Assembly: GCA_047967505.1 (NCBI GenBank)
Contig: CM106538.1
DNA: 64,000 nt
Strand: one strand, 5' to 3'
Source: Dipteris shenzhenensis
Lineage: Eukaryota
Below the pieces are notes generated by a model. That model was not told the DNA's origin. It was given only the letters and a program-made list of their open reading frames with translations, and ran no database searches. Made by a program: the position numbers and the translations under genes. Positions within the stretch are counted from its first letter, which is position 1, and every line of letters begins with the position of its first letter. This document shows positions 38,170 through 50,497 of the stretch, piece by piece.

Positions 38170-40300
38170 AGTAGAAAAATGCGATGTGACTATATTTATA
38201 GTTAAATACATTGAAATCACGTTTTCTAGCAAAAAGTCCTATTGATGCAAAAACAAATCTAGTAGAATTGAGAAATTTTCTCAAAAACGTGATATGGGGT
38301 ATTCCTAAGCTAAAGAAGGCTCAAATCACATTTTTTAGAAAACTCCATGGCAACACAGTATTAATCTCCAAGCTTCATATAAAACATCATGTCCAGACAA
38401 ATTCAGGTAAATCTTTAAGATAGTTGTCTTGATCATTCAAAAGATGAAGCAAATGCCTAATAGATGATGCAAGAATTAGATAGATCAAGAAGATAGTTGG
38501 AAAGGTAGATCAAGGCTGTGGTGTATTTAAGTACTTGTATCCTTTCTCTCCATGGCTTTTTCACAAGTATAGGTAGGTGGGGATGATGATGGGAGAAAAG
38601 CAAGGTCTAAAGTGTTGTCTAGATGAAGATGAGGAAGAAGATGAAGATTCAAAACTATTGAATGGATGGAGAAAAGTGAAGATAAGAGGAGATGGCACAT
38701 ATATCTATTCAAGTCACACTTGTCAGCCACACATACCAAAAATGGTCTTCAAGGTACTATTTTTAGAGTATCTAGTGATTGCATGCACCTATTTTTAGAC
38801 CAAGCTTCCAGACTTAATCATTCCCTTTTTCATCTCCATCTCTAGTTTCATCTTCCTCTCTACACGCTTGTGACAGACAACCTCAACAACTCTATTGCAC
38901 TGACCCAATACAGCTCTAACTCCTTCCCCTAGACCCACTACAACTCTATCTTAACCCATCAAGCTGACACCCATCAAACTATTATCCACAACCTCACTAG
39001 CTCTATCACACTGACCCACTACAACTCAACATACATCAAGCTGACAACCATCACCATCAAGCTCTTGTTATCTACATACTAATAAGGTTAGTACATTTTG
39101 TAAACTTGTCTTTCTCAAACATTCTACAAACTCTTGGAGAACAATTTGCTAAAAAATGCGATGTTCATGTTTGTTCGAGAAAATTGCTCCAAATCGCATT
39201 TTTTATCGAATTCTTGCACAGCTAGCATGTTTTGTGAATAAACATGATATAGGGTGTTTTTATGGAAAAGAGCCTCAAATCACATTTTCTAGAAAAAAAT
39301 ATTATCCTCTATGGAGCAAGTACTGGGACCCAAGGAAAGGTGACGTCTATACAATCATAGATCAAGAAAACATTATTGTCCACAAATATAGTAGATTCCA
39401 AAGTGGGATGTATGAATACCTGGATTTTTTCTATCCATGGTTGGCCCTAGTGACTTGTCTATGGCTCTTGCACAGGTGCAGTAAGGGGGGGGATGATGGC
39501 AGTGATGCAAATAAGGATGTGGTGTAGGGATGGAGGAAAGTGTAGATCAAAACTACTAGAGGGATGGAGAAAAGTGTAGATAAGAGGAAAGGGCACAGTT
39601 TTCAATGCATGTCACATCTGTCTTGTCAGCCACGTGTGGAAAATGGTCTTCTAGGTACCTGTGCATTTATTTCCTCATCATTTCTTGCACAAATTTTGAG
39701 ACAAAACCACCTCTAAGTAGAGTTACCCTTCATTTCATCCCTATCTCTAGTTCAGTTGCCTCCAACCTCACCACCTCTAGCTCCAACCTCACTATACCTC
39801 ACCAGCTCGAGCTCCAACCTCACTACCTCACCACCTCCATCACAGAGTCCCACTGCAGCTCCAATGCCAAACTCACTAGCTCCACCACCCATTGGAACTC
39901 TAGCCACAACCTCCCCAGATCCATCTCACACCTCCCCAACTCCAACTCCAGCTCTACACACAAGCCCAGGTTAGCAATCTTTCACCAGTCATTGGTTTTT
40001 CCTGTTGTTAAGGTGAAATGACCATTCCATAGCTTTCTTCAAAGACACTCTATGAGTTGTTTTTGTTGAGCACATCTCATATGCATTCTAAGGTCTAGGA
40101 GGATGGTGGAGTCCAACTGATTGATTAGATTAGGCTTCGACTAAATTTGCTGAAAAACGCAATTTGAGCTTTTTCTTTGTATTTCTCCTCCATATTGCAT
40201 TTTCTAGCAAATTTTTCGCATGGTGTGTGTTGTTGAAGTATGTAAAAAAATATTTGTTGAAAAACGCGATTTCAACCTTTTCTCTATATTTTTGCACCAT
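38170..40300. repeat. Diverged ~0.9-1.1 kb tandem units (2 plus a partial)
   Basis: ggatggagaaaagtg.agataagagga..ggcaca...cttgtcagccac...aaaatggtcttc.aggtac at ~38660-38760 and ~39560-39660; aaaaa(t/c)gcgat at ~38176, ~39151 and ~40260; each unit ends in a C/A-rich tract. Confidence 0.75.
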
Positions 40301-40382
40301 ATTGCATTTTCAAGCAAACTCTTGGGTGGCTGATTTCCTTGTTATGTTTGGGATTTTTTCCAGGAGAAGAACATAATAGACT

Positions 40383-40800
40383 ATGGCAAGAACCAAAGCA
40401 ACAGTCAGAAGGAAAGGCAAAGGACCTGACATTACAGGGGCTACCACAGCTCCATCTAGATCAAAATCCTCAAAGAAAGGGGAGCCTGTGCACATGCTAG
40501 CAAGGAATAGGAAGAAAAGAGTGAGCCAAAGCAAATCTATTCTGATGGAGATTAGGAAGGCTCAGAAAGCCATAGGGTATGTAGTACCCATGTCGGCACC
40601 ATTCTAGAGACTTGTGAGGGCAATATGCATCAACTGGCATGTGGACTTTAGATGGCAAAGGACTGCACTACTTGCTCTCCAAGAAGCTACTGAAGAGTGG
40701 CTTATAGAGTTTTTCATGGCACCATGATGGTAGTATCACATGTACACAGGGTCACTATCATGAAGAAAGACATCCAAACACTTGTAAGGGTCAGGTATAA
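40383..40800 (+). pseudogene. Divergent histone H3-like (histone-fold) coding region
   Basis: MARTKATVRR...LMEIRKAQK..APF*RLVRAICINWHVDFRWQRTALLALQEATEEWLIEFF/HGTMMVVSHVHRVTIMKKDIQTLVRVR. One TAG (40605-40607, at the position of Gln CAG) and a 1-nt frameshift in a T run (~40710-40714). Confidence 0.9.
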
Positions 40801-41079
40801 ATATGACAAGATCCTTAATGCAGAGGATTGGGATGATCTCAAAATGAGAGATATCTTGTTGATACCTTCAGCTAAGAAACCTAAAGATGATGGAGTCAAG
40901 ATCCTAGAGGTCTTTCACCAACATGAGACCAGAGGTAAGGTTGCCTATGAAGAGTTCCTTAGGGAAAGAGCCAAAGAAATAGTGTCTGTCTTGCAATCCT
41001 AGACATTAGTGAGGATGGTGTAAATTCAACAGAAGCTCCTACAACTTGGACCAAGGATCAGAGTAGCTATCCAGATTGT

Positions 41080-41967
41080 GGATGATGACCTAACCTGGGT
41101 CTTGGCAGAATATTGCATCATGGCTTTAGCACATCTCACTTGCACAATCATGCTTGCAGCTCTATAGTAAGTATATCTTTCTATGTCAATTGTGTTTATG
41201 TCTTTGTAGCATTCACTTTTTCATAAGCTAAGCGAAGTTATTTTTTGTAGTTTTTTGAAGAGTCCAGCTATATCTTTCAAGTTGAAGGATAATAAGACAT
41301 CAACCAAAAGCATTTCCAAGTGGTTTCATTTTTGTAACTTGGATGTGGTTGATATGATTCTCCTCCCATATTGCTCATAGTATGTTCCCTGACCTTTTCT
41401 AATACTACCCTATATTGACAAAATCCTTATATGTTCAAATTAAATTTACACTCTCTTGGTCTAATCCCCTCATGTTATTTGTTTCTCTTGTGGCAATCAT
41501 TGGAGTTTGGTGCATATACATGTAAAGCAAACGTTATGCTATACCTTCAACTCCTTAAAGGGTACCCACCAGGATTTAGAATTGTAAGTCAGTCATTGCC
41601 CATACTTTTGCTCTATAAAGTCAGCCATATTGCATTTACATGCAGAAGTATGAATTTTATATTTTTTTGCCCTTCATTCCCATTGCAATTGTCTCAAAAG
41701 ACTAATGGATGCACTAGACCTCCATGATCCAAAGTTAAAGATGTTAGATTCAATGCAACCAATGCCATTGCAGGTATAGTAATCATTGTCACTTATCTTT
41801 ATCTCCCTCTTATTTTTGCACTCTTCATAGTCCAATATACATCTTAGCTTTCTATTGTGACAAAATACACACCACAACAGGAGGATCCTTTCTCCTATGG
41901 ATGGAGAACTCTAATAAGTGCAAAATATATGATGGAAACATACTTTTCAGAGAAACAGCCTGAATTT
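41080..41967 (+). pseudogene. Spliced Ulp1/C48 (SUMO protease-like) catalytic domain downstream of the H3 fold
   Basis: Exon pieces KWFHFCNLDVVDMILLPYCS / NHWSLVHIHVKQTLCYTFNSL (His at 41498) / TPQQEDPFSYGWR (Cys position is TAT at 41896). Donors gtaagt, gtatgt, gtaagt, gtatag, gtgagt. Confidence 0.75.
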
Positions 41968-42914
41968 GTGAGTACTTTCATTGCATACTATATGAGAAGT
42001 TGTAAATTCAATGCATTGATACAAAAAAGATTGAAAACATTATTTGTTTTTATTGCAAATGAAAGAGGATAGTTTTGGCTCTGAATATGTACATAGCTTC
42101 AGAGAAAATACAATTTTGAAGCTGCTAGAGCTCTCTTCCCCTTGTCCAGCATCAGATCGCCGACTAGTCCATATAGGAGAGGGCTCAAAAGGCCCTAAGG
42201 ATCTTCGGGTTGAACAAGAGGCTCAGAATGTCCTTGTCACTAGCAATCTAGAAGATATTCTAGAAGGTGTCGGTGTTGATGAGCTGCTTGAAAAATTCTC
42301 TAAGGATGTGGAAGGAGAGCCTATAGTTGATCTTTTCCAAAAGCTTGATCCTATGCATGAGGAGGCAGGGACATCAAAGCAGCATGAGGTCGAGCCCCCG
42401 AGCCCTAGCCCATGGACGAGGAGGCAGGGACACCAAAGCGACAGGAGGAGTCGATGCATGAGGAGGCAATACCGACAGAGGATGTGCAGCAACAGGATGT
42501 AGAGAATCAAGATGTACAATAACAAGATCCGCAACAACAACCTGAGCAACATGTGGAAGATTCTCAGTAGGAGTCTCCATTATAAAAAAGTCAAGAGAGA
42601 GATTTTGAGCAATAATAGAAAAATAGATGATACTTGTTATCATTTTGTATTAATACATCAAATGTCAACTTTTTTTTTGTCGGTTGCAAGTAATACCTGG
42701 AGTCAATAGCTTTGTAATATTTGAATTGTTCTATTTACAATGTCCTTGCATTGAATTTTGCTTTCGCTCCTTTGAAGTATCTGCAAAAATAAAGTTTTAG
42801 CAATATGTAAATGTAAAGAGAATCCAATTAGGAGAAACATAGGGTGGTCAAATTAGGAGAAACACAGAGTGGAAACCAACTTACTTTCCTATTCTTCAAA
42901 ATGAATAAAAATTT

Positions 42915-43700
42915 TTAATGGATGTTGTTCTCAGTCTCCATAATAATGTCATTGTATAACTGATAGAGAGTGCAGCATTGTCCCAGTGAGATGGATGTTA
43001 GAAGGATGTCATTCTCAATAACATTGATTTCAATAATTATTGGACTTGATGACCTCTCGTCTTGGTCCATAGCCACAAGTTTTGTGCCTATCATCCTGTT
43101 GCATTTATAGTAAAAAGAGAGAATAAAGTTTTGCAAGGCAATCATGTACTTAATGTTGATGGAGTTATGGGCAACCTCACAATACACATTGTTGGCCACC
43201 ATTCTATCCCAACCATTATCCACATTTTGCTCTGAAAGTCAACATTGTCTTACAAACTTTAACTGGTTAATCCTGAAAAAGTTCTATAAAAACTCTAAGT
43301 GGCATGAAAACGTTGATTTTAACTATCTTGGTAGCAATATTTGGTTTCAGGGAATGCTGTACTTTCGAAAATAGTTTGGCTCTGTATGATTCTGTGATGC
43401 TACCATCATGGACTAGCCAATCAACTGTATTACATGCTGGGAGATCTTGCTTTTTTAATAAATCATGTGAGTGAGCATTGTCCATCAATTGATAAAAGTG
43501 ATCATAAAAAAATATACTCGATTCATCTAGCATTGTTGATTTTCTACCTCTGTACTGTAGCTCCCCAATAGCACTATGTAAAGCATCAAAGAATCCCAGT
43601 ATGCACTCCATTGGTTGCCAGGGATATATATTTGAACCAAAACAAAGAGACTGTTTGTCATGGACAGAAACAATTATTTCATTTCGAGTATTTCATTACA
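42915..43700 (-). pseudogene. Unknown decayed coding sequence convergent on the H3-Ulp1 gene
   Basis: Consecutive protein-like ORFs 43267-43611 and 42915-43223; no domain recognised. Confidence 0.45.
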
Positions 43701-43749
43701 CAAATACACTTACAATTGGGTCTATGGGGATCTAGCATTTTGTCGCATA

Positions 43750-44092
43750 GCTGATGCAGTGTGTGCTCACTGTTCGTATGAGTGTGTAGCAATGTGTGCA
43801 CCACTTATGTGATGAGTGTGTAGCAGTGTGTGCTCCACTTACACGACAAACAATAGTATGTGTAGCAGTGTGTGCACCACTGTCACGAAGCGACAGTATG
43901 TGTAGCAGTGTGTGCACCATCCGTACCCATGACTAGATATATATGCCTATGGCCATATGAGTGTGTAGCAGTGTGTGCACCACTTACATGATGACAGTAT
44001 GTGTAGTCGTGTGTGCACCATCCGTATGATTTTATGCATGTGTAGCAGTTTGTGCACCATGCGATAGTCTGTGTTGCATGTGTGCACCATCC
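43750..44092. repeat. Tandem array of ~35-60 bp units with core GTGTAGCAGTGTGTGCACCA
   Basis: About 9 degenerate copies of the core. Confidence 0.9.
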
Positions 44093-44923
44093 ATTTATGA
44101 TTTGTTGATTTTGCATCGCTAAAATGCTGAAAGATTGAATAATATTGGTGATTGATTCCAAGGTCTCTTATGCTTGAAATATTTGCATTATTGATGGATG
44201 TTATGAATTCAGGGGAAGAGTAACTATTTGGGCGATGGCCATTGGCGGCAAGCATTTTTGTGCACGTAAGGCGTAACTAGTGATGTGGTGAATAAACAAG
44301 GCTTACTTCCAAAAGCCTAGTTTTTGAAATTACAAATACTCATGTACATATTTTAATTTTTAGAATATTAGAGGCTTAGCCTAAGCATATTATCTAAAGC
44401 GGGAAAAGCAAACTCTATCTCTAAAAAAGGCAAGCTATTTTGGAAAGGTGTGTGGCTTATCTCTAGTTCATGCATGGAGGAGATGTAGATGAGTTTGTAT
44501 CAGTTATTGCTCAAAATTATTGAATCAATCAAACACATAGGAAGTGGAATATGAGCACCACTCCTATGGGAGTAGACTGCACCCAACACGCTTGTTATAT
44601 TTTCCGTTTGTGAGTTTTGAAAGATCGTGCATATTGGTGTGTATAGTTTTGGCTGTGTTTTCGATCGTTTGCAGGTTCTGCGAGTGATTCTCATTGTAAT
44701 TAAACACATAATATTGTTTAAAAGTTTATGCTTCTGCAATTCATCAAGTTCATGTATACTACCCTCCCTCTTGTGCTTGTCTTGATCTTGTTGCTCTCTT
44801 TGTAAGAAAACAATACAACGTCTGTGCTCAATAGATAACAGGATCTCATATGCAAGGGAGAAAAGCTGATAGTATGGAGAATAAAAAATTTGATTACTAT
44901 AAAACTGATACAATAGATGGCGC

Positions 44924-45272
44924 TGTGAAGATAGTGGGAGAGAGGGAAGGAGTCTCACTTGCGGCTTTCTCACATGCACAATGGGGGAATACACACAAAG
45001 GTGGAGGCTGAAAACAGTTTTCCTCTTAGTTGTGAAAGCCAAAAGAACTCTAGTACAAAGAAATAGAAGAACCCTATATGTGGGTCTCAAACCAAACTCA
45101 ACTAACTAAGGTGGCTTACTAACTGAGCCACAAACTAGAGTAGATAAGGATAGCTGTCATCTAGCTATTATTTGTGGGTGGTGTACCAACCGCATCTCCA
45201 GCTAACAAGTCAGTGACATAAATACACAACGGTCACCCTGGCATATCGCGAGTGGAGCTCAATATCTCAACA
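44924..45272 (-). repeat. 3' LTR of copia 3
   Basis: Direct repeat of 50143-50497 (about 8 transitions and two 3-bp indels by eye). Confidence 0.95.
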
Positions 45273-45285
45273 CTCCCCCTCGAGC

Positions 45286-48200
45286 TCAATCCCAATTCAT
45301 GCACACACCAAGCAGGTCTCTGAACTTGCGCAGCTTCTCTGCGCCCAATGCTTTCATGAATATGTCAGCTACCTGATCCTCTGTGCTGACATAAACTAGA
45401 TCAATAAGACCTAGTAAAACCTTCTCCTGCACATAGTGATAATGCACCTCAATGTGCTTTGTTGTAGCATGAAAGACTGGGTTCTTTGCCAAGTGTATGC
45501 TGCTCATGTTGTCACAATAAATGACAACTGGCCCATCTGTAGACTAATGCATATCATAGAGTAGCTTATGCAACCAAGCTACCTCACATGCAGCCATTGT
45601 TGCACCCCTGTACTTAGCCTCTGTGCTCGACAAGGCAACTGTAGGTTGTTTCTTGCTGCTCCAAGTGACTGCAGCACTCCCAAAAGAGAACACATATCCA
45701 CTGGTAGATCGTCTATCAAAAATACTACTAGCCCAATCAGCATCAGTGTATCCATGCAACTGTATCTGAACCCCAGCCTCATAAAATAGTCCATACTGCA
45801 ATGTGGACTTCACATACTTGAGTATGCGTCTAGCTGCATCCAAATGCGGTTTCCTTGGAGCCTGCATAAACTGACTTACCAACCCAACAACATAGCTCAA
45901 ATCTGGCTTGGTAATAGTCATGTAAATCAAACTTCCTACTATGCATCTGTACATAGTAGGGTCTTCCAGAAGCTCACCTGCATCTACGCTCAGCTTCACA
46001 TTCTGCTCCAAAGGAACTGAAATAGGCTTACAGCCTATCATCCATATTTGGACAGCATGTCCAATCCATAGTGCCTCTGCAAGAGCTGTATCCCACTTGG
46101 TGATCTAATCACCTCAATGCCCAAGAAATAACACAGCTCTCCCAAATCCTTCATCTCAAACTTCTGCCTCAATAGCATTTTCACATGAAGGATATCTTCA
46201 TCACTATCACCTGTGATGATCAAATCATCAACATAAATGACAAGCAACATAATCCCTTTCTCTGTTTTTCTCACATAGAGTGAGAAATCTGCCTTGGAAA
46301 TCTGAAAGCCAATAGTGACAAGATACTATCCTATCTTGTCAGACCATGCTCTAGGTGCTTGCTTCAAGCCATACAAGGCTTTCTTTAACCTGCAAACAAA
46401 CTCAGGATGAATAGCATGAACATAACCTGCTGGCTGCTCCATAAAGACCTCTTCTTGCAAATCACCATGCAAGAAGGCATTCTTTACATCCATCTGATGT
46501 AAAGACCATCCTTTTGATGCAGCCATAGCAATGGCTGCTCTTACGGTTGCCATCCTTGCAACCGGGCTAAAAGTTTCTTCATAATCAATGCCATATGTCT
46601 GTGCATACCCCTTGACAACTAATCTTGCCTTGTATCTATTCACAGAACCATCTGCATTGTGCTTGATCTTATAAACCCACTTACAGCCAATTGCATTCTT
46701 GTCTTTAGGCAAAGGCACCAATTCCCATGTAGCATTAGCATCCAAGGCATCCATTTCTTCATCCATGGCTTTCTCCCATTTTTCATTTCCCATGGCTTGC
46801 TCAAAAGAAGTGGGTTTTGGTTCCTGTATCACTTTGACCATATAGGCATAGTGAATGGCTGTAAATCCATCATATTTCAGCCTATCCACAGGATACCTAA
46901 CCCTGGTAGACCTGCGCAAAATAGGCTCACTTCCAGGTGCTCTCAAAACATCCCTGGTCTTCCTTACTCCAGGTGTAACAACAGAAGGAATACCCAACTC
47001 ATCATCAATGCTCTGTTCTGAGCCACTGGATTCACCATCCACATAAGAGTGACCTGCATTCACATCAAACATGGGCTGATCTACCTTCTCTTTTCCTTTT
47101 CATGATACCTACATACCACTCTCTGCATTGCTTTGAGGAGATTCTCCTGATCTCAATCTGCCTGTCCATGGCGAAGTATGTGAACCACTACTAGAGGACA
47201 CTCCAGGTCCACTAATATTTTGTGATTGCTGTTGTGAATTCTGTGCAGCATTACCATTTTGTGCATCTACATCAATCATTACATTTACTGGTTTATACCA
47301 GCTGCTCATCTCATAAAAAACAACAACTCTGCTCACTGTGAACTTTCGTGTAGAAGGGTTATAGCATCTATACCCTTTCTGCTACAGAGAATCACCAATA
47401 AAGACGCACTTCTCAGCTTTTGGATCCAACTTGGACCTCAACTCATCTGGCACATGGACATAGGCAATGCAACCAAAAATTTTCAAATGAGAAATATCTG
47501 GTTTCCTACCAGTATACATCTCCTCTGGCGTCATGCCATGTATTGCTGCAGTGGGAGTCCTGTTCATTATATAAACTGCTGTAGCAACTGCTTCAGCCCA
47601 ATAATAATCTGGTAGATTTTTTTCATTTAGCATAGCCCGAGATACCTCTCCAATATGCCTGTTTTTCCTTTCTGCAATTCCATTTTGCTGTGGGGTATGA
47701 CTGCATGAATATTGCTGCTTTATACCATGCTCCTGCTAGAACCTTGCAAACTCATTTGAGAGGTACTCTCCCCCTCCATCTGACCTTAGGCATTTTATTT
47801 GCAGGCTTGTTTCTTTTTCAACCATAGCTTTGAAAGCTTTGAAGTGCCCAAACACTTCACTTTTCTTTTTCATAAAATACACCCAAAGTTTTCTGCTGAA
47901 GTCATCAATAAATGTGACAAAATAGTGACAGCCTCCAATAGATGTAGCTTTAGTAGTCCACTCATCAGAGTGGATTAATTCCAATGGCTTTTTACTCTCT
48001 TGAGCATGCCTAGGAAAAGGTTTCCTTGCCTGTTTCCCAAATTGACAGGCTTCACAAACCTTGTGCATTTCTGCAACCTTGAATTTAGGCAATCCTGCAA
48101 CAATATTTTGGGCTTGCATTGATTTAAGTCATTGTATATGAACATGACCAATGCGTTTGTGCCAGATATCAATATCTGCAACTACACCGGTCCCATGTGC

Positions 48201-49598
48201 AAACATTGCTGCACTCAATTCAAGCATGTCTACATCCAACGTAAACATCCTGCCCTTCTTCTTTCCTTTTGCTATCAAGCGACCATTATTTTTCATATCC
48301 TCAACAAAGCATCCATGAGGATTAAATCTGACCTGCAAGCCCTGCTCAACCATGTGACCAACAGAAACCAGGTTCTTGGTGATGTTCGGGACATGAAATA
48401 CATCAGACAAGTATTTCTTTTTCCCATCCTCCATAGACAAAGGAATTTTGCCAATCTGCACAATAGGATGTGCAGTATCATCACGAGTCTCCACAAATCC
48501 TGGTTTTTCCATTTTCCTTGCATCCTGCATCCATTCAGCATGACCTGTCATGTGGTTTGACGCACCTGAGTTAACATACCACACATCATTGCTTTCTTCT
48601 GCACTTGTCACAGAATTTGTCATATGCTGTACCATAAACAAATGCTCATTTCTGTCATCACCCTGTCTACTAGAGGATGCATAATTGCCTTGTTGCAATT
48701 TTCCATTCATAATGCCATTCTGCTTTTTGTAGCAGTCTTTAGCCATATGCCCCATTTTACCACAATAGTAGCATTCAACATTGTTGTTTGCATTTTGGCC
48801 TCTCTGCCATCCACCACGACCTCTTTGGCTCCCCCTGCCTCTAGAGTTACCACGTCCTCCTGCATAGGACTGGTTTTCTTGTGTTTGCTGCATATTTTGA
48901 TTTCTACCACGGCCTGCAAATCGGCCTCCTCTACCTCTGCCTCTACCTTTGCCAACATTTGAGTAGAAGACAGTTTCTTTTGAAGTTCCTGCTGAAGAAG
49001 ATGCACCACCATTTCTCTACTCTTCAGAAATAAGAAGAGCAATCAACTCCTCAAAATCAGGAAATTTTTCACGGACGGCAATGGATATCCGGAACTGTGC
49101 ATAATCCTTTCCTAGACCATTCAAGGTCACAGAAACTAAATCGTCATCATCCACTAGCGACCCAATGGAAGCAAGTGCATCGGCAATTTTCTTCACCTTC
49201 ATGTGGTAGTCATTGATGCTCATATTTTCTCTCTGCACATTGTGCAGCTCCTGCTTGAGCTGCATTTTCCTGGCTTGCGTATTTGTGCTGTACATTTTTG
49301 CCAAAGTATCCCATGCCTCCTTTGGCGTACTTGCATCCTGAATATGCACAATCATGGAGTCCGAAATACTGATAGACAGCCAGTACATAACTTTCCTGGC
49401 TCTCTCATGCCATCCTTTAAATGCCTGCATTTCCTGTTGATTGGGAACATTAGGAAGAACAGGTTCTTCTTCATTTCCTGTAATGAACTCCCAATAGCCT
49501 TTTCCCATAAGGAAATTCGTCATTCTAAACTTCCATGCTTGGAAGTTTTTCTTGTCAAGCTTTTCAGTGATTATCTGTGAAAGAGAATCAGATGCCAT
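45286..49598 (-). pseudogene. copia 3 gag-pol, fragmented
   Basis: KLDKKNFQAWKF gag, CYYCGKMGHMAKDC, WYVNSGASNHMT, CEACQFGKQ / [19 protein letters not shown] / [16 protein letters not shown]. Confidence 0.95.
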
Positions 49599-50142
49599 TA
49601 CAGAACACTGCAAAATATTCTGTCATTGCAAAAAACACAGCTTTTGCCTCACACGGGCAGATCTGCAAAACTGACGAAAGTGGTATTTCACCACACAGTC
49701 ACTTCCTAGTGACGATTTTGCATCAACAAGCAACAAGCATGATTTTGCAACTGCCAATATCTCTGCACATAGGCATACGATGCAATTTCTGTGGCAACTT
49801 TTCACCGACTAGCTGCGCAGTGGTCGCACAGCCAAAACAGGGCCTTTTTTTGAGTGTCTGCGAAGAACTTCCGCCTTCAAAATGGGCCCTGAAATGGCCT
49901 CGAATCAGAAAAATAAAGTCACTAAGGGCTTTGCCCTTATCCCGCAGCATATACTACGCTCTCGCCACACCGCAAAGGGCGTCTCAATCTGAGACAGTGC
50001 ACTCTTGCACTTCTGGCTGTGCTACCTGCAGAGATTTGCTCCCAAACTCAAAAAAGGAAAGCAACACTGGTCCTCTTACCAGGACACCACGAATTTGGTT
50101 TGCTTTCTTGAGCTCCTTACCACGAACAAGGCTCTGATACCA

Positions 50143-50497
50143 TGTGAAGATAGTGGGAGAGAGGGAAGGAGTCTCACTTGCGGCTTTCTCACATGCACAA
50201 TGGGGGAATACACACAAAGGTGGAGGCTGAAAACAATTTTCCTCTTCTTAGTTGTGAAAGCCAAAAGAACTCTAGTACAAAGAAATAGAAGAACCCTATA
50301 TGTGGATCTCAAACCAAACTCAACTAACTAAGGTGGCTTACTAACTGAGCCACAAACTAGAGTAGATAAGGATAGCTATCATCCAGCTATTATTTGTGGG
50401 CGGTGTACCAACCGCATCTCCAGCTAACAAGTCGGTGACATAAACACACAACGGTCACCCTGGCATATCGCGAGTGGTGGAGCTCGATATCTCAACA
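50143..50497 (-). repeat. 5' LTR of copia 3
   Basis: Direct repeat of 44924-45272, adjacent to the PBS. Confidence 0.95.

Larger units (their letters stand above)
34681..44282. mobile_element. Putative multi-gene DNA transposon (CMC/Transib-like transposase with H3-Ulp1 cargo), decayed; boundaries tentative
   Basis: A transposase-like gene, an H3/Ulp1 gene, two unknown ORFs and subterminal-type tandem repeats lie between an 8-bp inverted pair CACTAGTT (34681) / AACTAGTG (44275-44282). No matching TSD. Confidence 0.5.
44924..50497 (-). mobile_element. Ty1/copia LTR retrotransposon 3, full length, nested in the 3' LTR of copia 4
   Basis: LTRs 44924-45272 and 50143-50497; TSD GGCGC (44919-44923, 50498-50502); PBS ending 50142; PPT ctccccctc at 45273. 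Confidence 0.97.

Noticed and set aside
40383-40607. Functional host histone H3 or CENH3 gene
   Set aside because: In-frame stop, frameshift, long C-terminal extension and TE-like context; loop 1 is not extended as in CENH3.
43750-44092. CRISPR-like repeat-spacer appearance
   Set aside because: Eukaryotic context, degenerate repeats, spacers related to each other and of uneven length, no cas genes.
44500-45090. 196-aa minus-strand ORF
   Set aside because: Spans two different LTRs and their flank; a chance open frame.
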